A stretch of DNA of 32,000 nucleotides from Candidatus Saccharimonadota bacterium (GTDB lineage Bacteria > Patescibacteriota > Microgenomatia > UBA1406 > GWC2-37-13): NCBI GenBank assembly GCA_016699265.1, contig CP064967.1:600001-632000 (forward strand), read 5' to 3'. Below are positions 24,450 through 32,000 of this stretch, one piece after another. Every line of letters begins with the position of its first letter. Position 1 is the stretch's first letter. The position numbers were made by a program, and so were the translations under genes. Under the pieces are notes generated by a model. It had not been told where the DNA came from and searched no databases. It saw nothing but the letters and a program-made list of their open reading frames with translations.

Positions 24450-27423
24450 ATGCTTAACGCCGATCAGAAAAAAGCGGTTCAAAACATTAAGGGACCACTA
24501 CTTATAATCGCCGGTGCAGGCACGGGGAAAACTACAACTATAATAGAGAAGATAGCCTTTCTAATTGAGAAGAAGAAAGTAAAACCGGAAAATATTCTTG
24601 GACTAACCTTCACCGAGAAAGCCTCAAACGAAATGGAGGAACGTATCGATCAACGACTCCCCTTTGGTTACTTTCAGCTAAATATATCTACGTTTCACTC
24701 ATTTTGCGATCAGGTACTTCGAAGTGAAAGTTCTCACATCGGAATTTCGCCTCTATACAGACTACTTTCAGAAGCAGAGACCGTTATGTTTCTGCGAGAG
24801 AATCTTTTTTTATTCAAACTTAAGTACTTTCGTCCTTTAGGAAATCCCAATAAATTTCTCGATGCTCTTCTTCAACATTTCTCGAGACTCCGAGATGAGG
24901 ATATTTCGCCAGCTCAGTACCTAGCATGGGCAAAGTCGCCCAAAGGGCGATCCCCCTCTGGGGGAAAGAATAAGGAAAAAATGACAAAAGAAGAGCGTGA
25001 AAAAAATCTTGAGCTTGCAACTGCCTTTGACACTTTTCAGACAATCAAACAAAGAGAAAATGTCTTCGACTATGCCGATCTTATTTACTATACGCTAGAG
25101 CTTTTTCGAAAGCGGCCCCACGTACTCAAACGCTTTCAAAAACAGTATGAACATATTTTGGTAGACGAGTTCCAGGATACAAATATCGCACAGTATTCGC
25201 TAATTAAACTTCTCGCAACGCCAAACAAGAAACCTAACTTAACGGTGGTCGGCGACGACTCACAGGCTATCTATAAATTTCGTGGCGCCTCTGTTTCGAA
25301 CATTCTTGCATTCATGAAGGACTATAAAGGCGCAAAGCAGATAACACTGAGAAATAATTACGCTCAACTCAGACTCATTCTTGATAGAGCTTATAAGCTC
25401 ATCAAACATAACGACCTGAGACACTCTCGAGGCAAAGCTTCGAATCTCTAAAGAATTGATTGCGGTATGAAAAGTATCAATGAAATACGGAATACGTTAT
25501 ACGATATTACGCACCTTGGTCTCCGATCGTGCGAGGATGAGGCTGACCATAGGTTACAAAGAGATCAAAGCTCTGAATAAAAATATAAGTACTGGATATT
25601 GGCAATTCTTGTTCAGCAAATAATCACGCTGAGGTAAAGTTACACGAGACTGTCTCAGAGAAAGGTGCATTCCATTATCAATTTTTGGGTCCACGGGAGC
25701 TTGTTCAAACAACCAGAGGTCAAGGGACCTTACTGCCTATCTCAAATGTTCTGGCAAATTTAGACGACTCAGCTCTCCTTTATAGAGTGCTTCCGAGATG
25801 GAGTTGTTCTGACATAAATAGTAAGGACATCTCTACTTCTCCTAACCTTTGGCCGACGCTCGTCCCTTTACTTTGTTTGAGGCAATCGAGATAATTGTAA
25901 CCCTGAATCAAGCGAAATAATAACTAACATAAAGTATCTGCCAAAGCATTAGATCGACACAAAAACAATCCATATATATATACATTATTCGCAGATAGCA
26001 CCTGAATCGGTAAAAGGATACTGCGGCAATTCTTACTACTTTTAGGAGACTCTGGATATCTTCAAAATCGCCAATACAAACTGAAAAAGATGAACGAGTC
26101 GCACTCAACATCTCTAAGTTATTTCGATAAGCTGAAAAGTTACGAAATCACTCATGAAGACGCAAACTATATATGCAGTGGACTTTATCAAAATGAGTAT
26201 GGAGCTGGGAGAATCAAATCGCCGTTGATCTAGATAAGGAACTTTACGATGTGCTGTCAAAATTCCTTCACCATTCATTCTGCAAAGGGTCTTGAGTTTC
26301 CAGTCGTGTTCCTAATTAATCTAACGCAGAGACCGTTTTCAACTCGTGAAAGAAAAGAGACAATTCCTGTTCCTATGGGAGCTGATAAAGGAAACAAGCT
26401 TCCTATCTGGAAGCGACTTCCATCTGCAGGGGAAGAGAGAAGGCTTTTCTAGTGTGGGAATTGACAAGAGCCATTGCGAGAGACTTTACTTCACGGCAGC
26501 TCAAGCAACATAACGGTGAGGGAGAAGCGGCTACGCAAAGTTTTCACTCATTTATCTGGTGAGTCTCGTATGAAAACAATCCTATGCAAAATTTTCGAGA
26601 CCCAAAAGGATGAAAAATCAACAAGTATTTTTGATATAAATAAGTCGCCTAGCAAGGGATCAGCTCCTTCTGGGGCGAAAAATTAGACCAACAAACCATG
26701 CTCTATTCAACGAGATTGACACTTATCAAATGTGTCCGCTCAAACATAAATATTCAATATGTATTAAAATTCAATAATCTGCTGAGCTAAGCGTCTCTTA
26801 AACCTTGGTCTACATTACATTACAATTTTATACAGAATATATGAACAACAAAACATTAAAAAAGGGAATGTCTTCTAGAACTCTTGATGAGTCTTGATTC
26901 CGTGGGCTTTATATCTAAGTATTAGCGAACGCAATTCAAAAGAAGCGGGAAAGAAAATGCTATTAAATTACTACAAACTTTTCTACACTAAAATGCTTAA
27001 TATTCTTGATCTGGAGAAAGCATTCAAGATTAAGGTTGGCCCAGGTGACGATATCTTCATTAATTGAAAAATAGATCGACTCTGACAGCACATCTAAAAT
27101 GGTATTGAGATAGTAGATTATGCAAGACTGGCAAGACACATAAAGAAAAACTAAAGAACAGTCTACAACTTTCGATATATTTAGGACAGCAGCGACAGAC
27201 AAAGGGCACAGAAACAAAAACCAAGCGATGCCTTTAACCTTCTACTACCTTCAGACAACAAAAAATTACCGTTGACCAAACCGGAAGAAACTGTACAAAA
27301 AGCCAAGGAAAATACTTGAGGCAGATGATACATGGAAGCTGAGAACTTGAAGCCTAAAAAAGGTCCTGCTTGTAACTTCGCCAGTTCAAGATGATCCGCG
27401 CTTCCGGTAGTATCAAGACTTGA
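24450..27423 (+). pseudogene. UvrD/PcrA-family (SF1) helicase fused to a C-terminal PD-(D/E)XK Cas4/AddB-type nuclease; intact for the first 305 or so codons, then densely frameshifted
   Basis: The intact N-terminus has Walker A AGAGTGKTT, motif II DEFQDT and motif III VVGDDSQAIYKFRGA. After about 25365 the family motifs are found only in shifting frames: TLEAKLRISKELIAV, SLFEAIE, TIHSAKGLEFPVVFLINL, EERRLF, (Q)MCPLK.KY, DDIFINGKIDRLD....IEIVDYKTGKT and a terminal CNF..QFKMI. The end coordinate is approximate. Confidence 0.75.
24936..24965. repeat. double hairpin TCGCCC-aaa-GGGCGA / TCCCCC-tct-GGGGGA embedded in frame in the helicase (encodes SPKGRSPSGG)
   Basis: Read directly. Its first 17 nt are identical to the reverse complement of the rplQ-tail element at 6865-6881. 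Confidence 0.7.
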
Positions 27424-27588
27424 GCCGATCAGCAAGCTTCCGGCAGTGATTGGAGCTGAGTCAGATTCCAGGGTAGCAATTGGATGAAATTCAACGACAA
27501 GAACTATTCGAGATTGTCTGAAGAATTGCTCAAGAACATCGCTCAAAATAAGACGAGCGATTCATTAAGTTTTAAACAAAGATTAGGA

Positions 27589-27594
27589 TATAAT
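27589..27594 (+). promoter_or_regulatory. TATAAT box 6 nt upstream of an in-frame ATG (27601) of the GT2 synthase gene
   Basis: TATAAT at 27589-27594, gap atcttc, ATG at 27601. This is the same spacing seen at the helicase and glyA starts. Confidence 0.35.
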
Positions 27595-27600
27595 ATCTTC

Positions 27601-29079
27601 ATGTCTGATCGGATTGCTCAGTCGCGCTTTTTCAACCGCTTATTCCATGTCATCGTTCCTATTTTGGCTTGGCTTCTCATTACCTTACCGGTTTGGCTCT
27701 CACCCTTTCACCCAGCAATTGTTGCCTATTTTATTCTTTCTTTCAACATCTACTTTTTTTATAAATCTGCGGCTACGGTCTACTATGCTGTGCTTTCCTA
27801 CAAAACCATAGGATTCCATCAAAAGATCTCATATAGTTCTAAACTTAAGAAAATCGAAAAAGCAAAAAACATTCATCATTTTATCGTTATCCCGAACTAC
27901 AAGGAGCAACTACACAAACTCGATGAGTCGCTGACATTACTAGCAAAGATGGACTATCCTCACAGGAAGCCTTCCATTGTTCTTGCATTTGAGTCACGTG
28001 AAGCGGAAGCTAAATCTAAGGCTCAAGCACTTATCGCAAAGCATAAAAAATCTTTCTCGAGCATACTCCAGACTTATCATGAATTACTCCCGGGAGAAGC
28101 AGCCGGAAAAGCAAGTAATCAATCATATTCGTGCAGACAGGTTGAGAAGCACTGTAATGACGAAGGAATTTCACTCCGAGACACCATAATTACTATTGCA
28201 GACGCTGACAGTATGTTTCCAAAAAATTACTTTTCGTATCTAACGTACGAGTTTCTTAAAGATACCGAGAACCTCTACCACTTCTACTGGGCTCCAGTAC
28301 TTCTTTACAACAACTTTTGGCAACTTCCATTCTTTATGCGAATGCAGGCAACTTTGTCATCGATCTTTCGACTTGCATTTTTATCTCAAGGAAAAAAACT
28401 TATTCAGATCTCTACCTACTCAACGAGTCTCTGGATGTTAAAAGAACTTGATTACTGGGATACTGACATCATTCCTGAAGACTGGCACATTTACTTCCAG
28501 GCTTTTTTTAAGTTTGGAGAACGCGTGAAAACTCTACCGCTCTTCACGATCATTAATGCTGATGCTGTTTATTCGGGAGGAGTTTTTAAAACCTTGGTGA
28601 ATAGATATGAACAGGAAAAAAGATGGGCATGGGGAGTGAGTGATATTGGGTATGCTCTCACAAACAGTTTTAAAGATGTTTCGATCCCAACCATGACAAA
28701 GGTCAGAAAAGTACTATACCTTGTCGAAACCCATCTACTATGGCCCACCTCATTTTTTATTCTGACAGTAAGCGCGCTCATTCCTCCTCTGATTAACCCC
28801 GTATTCAAGCGAACGGTTCTTGGATTTTTACTGCCTCAGTTTTCAAGCTTTGTACTCACTCTCTCAACCTCATTCCTATTGGTCTATACCTACCTAGACA
28901 TCAAGTTGAGAAAAAAATTGAATCAACACACATCGGCATCATCACTACCGTTTATGATTATTCAGTGGTATCTACTACCAATTGTTTCATTTGTGCTTTC
29001 TTCACTTCCCGCCTTGGATGCGCATACTCGAATGATATTTGGAAAGAAACTCGACTATAAAGTGACAGAAAAGGTTTAA
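27601..29079 (+). CDS. membrane-embedded processive family-2 glycosyltransferase (cellulose/chitin/hyaluronan-synthase-like)
   Basis: The track ORF 27484..29079 is 531 aa. It has two N-terminal and about four C-terminal TM helices and a cytoplasmic GT-A core with VIPNYKE, IADADS and the QxxRW-type motif YEQEKRWAWG. I prefer the start at Met-40 (27601), just before the first TM helix and preceded by TATAAT-N6. A start at 27484 remains possible. Confidence 0.75.
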   Translation: MSDRIAQSRFFNRLFHVIVPILAWLLITLPVWLSPFHPAIVAYFILSFNIYFFYKSAATVYYAVLSYKTIGFHQKISYSSKLKKIEKAKNIHHFIVIPNYKEQLHKLDESLTLLAKMDYPHRKPSIVLAFESREAEAKSKAQALIAKHKKSFSSILQTYHELLPGEAAGKASNQSYSCRQVEKHCNDEGISLRDTIITIADADSMFPKNYFSYLTYEFLKDTENLYHFYWAPVLLYNNFWQLPFFMRMQATLSSIFRLAFLSQGKKLIQISTYSTSLWMLKELDYWDTDIIPEDWHIYFQAFFKFGERVKTLPLFTIINADAVYSGGVFKTLVNRYEQEKRWAWGVSDIGYALTNSFKDVSIPTMTKVRKVLYLVETHLLWPTSFFILTVSALIPPLINPVFKRTVLGFLLPQFSSFVLTLSTSFLLVYTYLDIKLRKKLNQHTSASSLPFMIIQWYLLPIVSFVLSSLPALDAHTRMIFGKKLDYKVTEKV

Positions 29080-29216
29080 AAAAATAACCGAATTAACCTA
29101 ATTTCTAATCGACCTAAAAAGTACTAAACTCTAAATATCAATTACTTGTAAAAACTTGGGTAAATTGGAATTGTTTAGAGTAATCAGAGCAATTAGAATA
29201 ATTAGAAATTAATTAT

Positions 29217-30509
29217 ATGGATTTCCTACTAACCAAAACACCTCTCATCTTTCTAACCCAAAGTTTCTGGCGGGATGAGGCATTCAGTTACTTGATGGCT
29301 CATCAAAATCTCTGGCAGATACTTCTTACAACCGCAAAAGATTTTAGCCCTCCATTTTATTATGTGTTACTCAACTTCTGGATGCGTATCTTTGGTAGTT
29401 CAGAGATATCACTACGATCACTGTCCTTAGTTTTTTTCTATGCTACGATCTATATCGTAGACCATCTCCTGATTGACGTTCTCAAGATCAAAACCAAATG
29501 GCGTTTTGCATATCTTTTCCTTGTGGCGATAAACCCATTTCTTATTTACTACGGATATGAAGCCCGCATGTACAGTATGTCCGCATTTTTTGTGACTCTG
29601 TCGTGGTACTCCTTACTTACAGGAAAGAAAAAAATGCATATCATATCTTCGGTGCTTGGACTTTATACTCACTATTTCACCGCACTGGCTTTGATTTCTC
29701 AGTTCATTTATGTGCGACTACTTAAGAATAGTAAACAACTTATTATTCATTTCGTTTGGATAGGTTTTTTATTTGTGCCATGGGTAGTCTTTACCTTAGT
29801 TTTTCACGGTTCTTCAGACAGTTCTTTTTGGATACTCAGTCCAACCATATCTCTCATTAGATTAACTCCTGGAATAATTCTTACGGGTTTTGAGGAGTCG
29901 TTTCAGAAGTACTCAACGCCTTTAGTAGGTCTTACTATCATAGCCTACGGCGCTATATTCATTTCATTAAAAAATACCTTGAGAAGTAAAAGGGACCAAG
30001 GCAAGTCTGCCTTCTTACTACTTTGGACCTTAGTTCCAGCATTAATATCGCTCGTTATCTCGGCCATGAAACCTATATTTTTACCACGCTACTTTATTTA
30101 TTCTGCAACTGGAATTTCTCTTCTCATTATTCATTCTCTGGAACAGATTAAACCTTCGGTAAGAGTGCTCGTCTACACATTGATAATCATTTTTCTCTTG
30201 CAGTACAATTCAATTCAGATCACCGAGCGAGCAAAAGGCGATGTCCGAGCGCTAGTCAACAAACTTCAAAAGGTTATGTCTCGCGATGATGTGATCTATG
30301 TGGAGAGCGAACTTGACTATCACACCGTCCAGTATTACTTCGAGCCAAGCAGAGTTTACATTTATCGAAAAAGCTTTCAAGAGATTCCTGAGTACGTTGG
30401 AAAAGTTCTCATTTCAGAATCACATGTGGTCTCTACTCTTCCTCAGTTTCCTAAAAAAGCCTACGTTATTCACACTAATTTGTCCTTCGACATTTTGTCG
30501 ATGAACTGA
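29217..30509 (+). CDS. GT-C fold polyprenyl-phosphate-sugar-dependent glycosyltransferase (ArnT / PMT_2 / GT39-GT83-like)
   Basis: 430 aa with about 10 or more TM helices. The first-loop acidic motif is WRDEAFSY, followed by SPPFYYVLLNFWMRIFGSSEISLRSLSLVF, typical of the PMT_2 family. Confidence 0.75.
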   Translation: MDFLLTKTPLIFLTQSFWRDEAFSYLMAHQNLWQILLTTAKDFSPPFYYVLLNFWMRIFGSSEISLRSLSLVFFYATIYIVDHLLIDVLKIKTKWRFAYLFLVAINPFLIYYGYEARMYSMSAFFVTLSWYSLLTGKKKMHIISSVLGLYTHYFTALALISQFIYVRLLKNSKQLIIHFVWIGFLFVPWVVFTLVFHGSSDSSFWILSPTISLIRLTPGIILTGFEESFQKYSTPLVGLTIIAYGAIFISLKNTLRSKRDQGKSAFLLLWTLVPALISLVISAMKPIFLPRYFIYSATGISLLIIHSLEQIKPSVRVLVYTLIIIFLLQYNSIQITERAKGDVRALVNKLQKVMSRDDVIYVESELDYHTVQYYFEPSRVYIYRKSFQEIPEYVGKVLISESHVVSTLPQFPKKAYVIHTNLSFDILSMN

Positions 30510-30512
30510 GGT

Positions 30513-30596
30513 TAGTATTCGGTATCTCGTATTTGGCATCTCGTATTAAGATACGTCATACGGCATACGTAATACGATATACGATATACGATTCAT
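30513..30596. repeat. motif array spacer: tcgtat-type units followed by atacg units, centred on hairpin CGTAT-taag-ATACG
   Basis: Read directly: ggtatctcgtatttggcatctcgtattaagatacgtcatacggcatacgtaatacgatatacgatatacgattc. Confidence 0.6.
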
Positions 30597-30605
30597 GTTG
30601 TGCGG

Positions 30606-30611
30606 TATAAT
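30606..30611 (+). promoter_or_regulatory. TATAAT box 6 nt upstream of the glyA ATG
   Basis: TATAAT at 30606-30611, gap agtcgt, ATG at 30618. No Shine-Dalgarno sequence. Confidence 0.4.
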
Positions 30612-30617
30612 AGTCGT

Positions 30618-31955
30618 ATGAAACATCTCCCGAAGATTGATCCAGAAATAGCCCAACTTATTAAGAGCGAGGAAAAAAGACAAGAATCAACGCTCATGAT
30701 GATCCCTTCTGAAAACGTCGCATCCTATGCGGTTGAGGAGGCGGTCGGATCCGCTTTTGGAAATAAGTATTCTGAAGGGTATCCGAATAGACGATATTAT
30801 CAAGGTCAGGAATTTGCAGATAAACTCGAGTCATTAGTCATAGAAAGAGCCAAGAAACTTTTTAAAGTAGCCCATGTAAATGTCCAGGCATTGTCTGGCT
30901 CTCCAGCCAACTTCGCCGTCTATACCGCTCTTCTGAAACCTGGGGCAACCATCATGGGACTTTCATTAAGCTCAGGAGGCCACCTCACTCATGGAGCTAG
31001 ATTTAACGCAAGCAGTATTTACTTCAACGCAGTTAATTACAATGTTCGACCAGATGGTTACATCGACTACGAGGCTCTAAAGAAGCAAGCAAAAAAAGTT
31101 AAACCAGACATTATTATCGCTGGCACAACGGCATACGCTCGAATTCTTAACTGGAAAAAATTTGCAGAAATTGCAGATAGCATCGGAGCATTGCTCTTGG
31201 CGGATATGTCGCATATCTCGGGACTAGTTGCTACTGGGGTATATCCTTCCCCAGTACCATTCGTCCACGTTGTGACGACTACCACTCACAAGACGCTTCG
31301 TGGTCCACGAGGAGCCCTCATCATGGTTACTAACAAAGGACTTAAAAAAGATCCGGATATGTCGACTAAAATTGACAAAGCTATAATTCCTGGGATTCAA
31401 GGAGGACCACACCTTAACACGATCGCTGGAATTGGCGTAACTTTAAAAGAGGCAAGCTCAAAAAAGTTTGTTACCTACTCTAAACAGATTCTTAAAAACG
31501 CAAAGGTGCTCGCCTCTGAGTTAATCAAGTATGACTTTTCATTAGTTACTGGAGGTACCGACTCCCACCTGATGCTTGTAGACTGTCGAAATAAAAAAAT
31601 CCTTGGCAACACTGCAGCGCTTGCCTGTGAGGCCTCCGGAATTATTCTCAACTACAACGGAGTACCATTTGATCCTAATCCCCCATTTTACCCTTCTGGA
31701 ATTCGTCTTGGGACACCAGGGATAACCAGTAGAGGAATGAAGGAACCAGAAATGAGGAAGATTGCATCATATATCGACGAAACTCTTACTGCTGTAGCAA
31801 AAACAAAAAAACGTCTTAACATCACCGATGAACAGGAACGCAAACGAGATATTCGTAAATCCCTGATTGACCAAACACCAGAGCTCAAGGAAATAAAAAA
31901 GCAAGTAGAGTCCTTATGTAAGCGTTTTCCTCTAAATAAGGTCTACCCGATATGA
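30618..31955 (+). CDS. glyA: serine hydroxymethyltransferase
   Basis: Motifs MMIPSENVAS, YPNRRYYQG, SGGHLTHG and the PLP-lysine block TTTTHKTLRGPRG. The start at ATG 30618 (MKHLPKIDPEIAQLI) is preferred over the track GTG at 30600. Confidence 0.93.
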   Translation: MKHLPKIDPEIAQLIKSEEKRQESTLMMIPSENVASYAVEEAVGSAFGNKYSEGYPNRRYYQGQEFADKLESLVIERAKKLFKVAHVNVQALSGSPANFAVYTALLKPGATIMGLSLSSGGHLTHGARFNASSIYFNAVNYNVRPDGYIDYEALKKQAKKVKPDIIIAGTTAYARILNWKKFAEIADSIGALLLADMSHISGLVATGVYPSPVPFVHVVTTTTHKTLRGPRGALIMVTNKGLKKDPDMSTKIDKAIIPGIQGGPHLNTIAGIGVTLKEASSKKFVTYSKQILKNAKVLASELIKYDFSLVTGGTDSHLMLVDCRNKKILGNTAALACEASGIILNYNGVPFDPNPPFYPSGIRLGTPGITSRGMKEPEMRKIASYIDETLTAVAKTKKRLNITDEQERKRDIRKSLIDQTPELKEIKKQVESLCKRFPLNKVYPI

Positions 31956-32000
31956 CATATTTGTTAATCGCTGCAAACGTAGCAATGCTCCTTACATTAG
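31952..32000 (+). CDS. possible start of a downstream gene (hydrophobic N-terminus), truncated by the window edge
   Basis: An ATG at 31952 overlaps the glyA TGA in an ATGA overlap. The translation is MTYLLIAANVAMLLTL..., only 16 codons, so this is weak. Confidence 0.25.
   Translation, partial: MTYLLIAANVAMLLTL

Noticed and set aside
27181-27546. 121-aa minus-strand ORF, and other track ORFs in 25.6-27.3 kb (25685..25894, 25908..26111, 26474..26686, 26963..27217), as independent genes
   Set aside because: They are out-of-frame or antisense read-throughs of the frameshifted helicase-nuclease gene. The helicase and nuclease motifs account for the whole interval on the plus strand.
30600-30617. 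Longer N-terminal extensions offered by the ORF track (glyA from GTG 30600, infA from 10300, rpmC from 18505)
   Set aside because: The extensions add non-conserved residues (MRYNSR, MCYNFSL, MQKNNPHIKFRIKY), in one case overlap the upstream gene, and the internal ATGs give family-typical N-termini and lengths.
1-32000. Defence island, prophage, toxin-antitoxin, integron or other mobile or accessory system
   Set aside because: I saw no integrase, transposase, recombinase, phage structural genes, restriction-modification, Cas, or small paired-ORF signatures in any frame. Essentially every base is accounted for by housekeeping or envelope genes and short spacers. The helicase-nuclease resembles the common stand-alone UvrD/PD-(D/E)XK repair fusion rather than a defence module, and it has no partner genes.

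Overview
AT-rich bacterial segment whose core (5.9-24.3 kb, minus strand) is a contiguous ribosomal-protein superoperon: tuf-rpsJ-rplC-rplD-rplW-rplB-rplV-rpsC-rplP-rpmC-rpsQ-rplN-rplX-rplE-rpsN-rpsS-rpsH-rplF-rplR-rpsE-rplO-secY-rpmG-adk-map-infA-rpmJ-rpsM-rpsK-rpsD-rpoA-rplQ-rplM-rpsI. It is flanked by envelope and glycan genes: a membrane-anchored solute-binding protein, VanW, a hexapeptide acetyltransferase, GT4, GT2, a processive GT2 synthase and a GT-C enzyme. A UvrD-type helicase-nuclease and glyA are also present. Several traits fit a Patescibacteria/CPR-like genome, though this is inference only. These are no room for L30, long Lys/Pro-rich tails on r-proteins, almost no Shine-Dalgarno sequences, a fused adenylate kinase and a reduced-genome style of organisation. 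I found no rRNA, tRNA, CRISPR, transposase, integrase or recognisable defence genes, and no convincing novel multi-gene system. The notable points are: (1) two sharply bounded blocks of dense frameshifts, one through six essential genes (13.44-16.15 kb) and one through the distal two-thirds of the helicase-nuclease (25.37-27.42 kb), plus isolated frameshifts in the GT4 and GT2 genes, most likely consensus error rather than biology; (2) rpsS moved out of the rplB/rplV junction to between rpsN and rpsH, and rpmG inserted between secY and adk; (3) an Adk fused to a second P-loop kinase domain; (4) a family of about 30-nt double-hairpin elements found in spacers and also translated in frame inside rplQ, rpmC and the helicase; (5) a promoter, leader and terminator-like module between rpsJ and rplC; (6) a recurrent TATAAT-N6-ATG geometry that suggests leaderless mRNAs; (7) spacers built from short motif arrays, often followed by arrays of the reverse complement.
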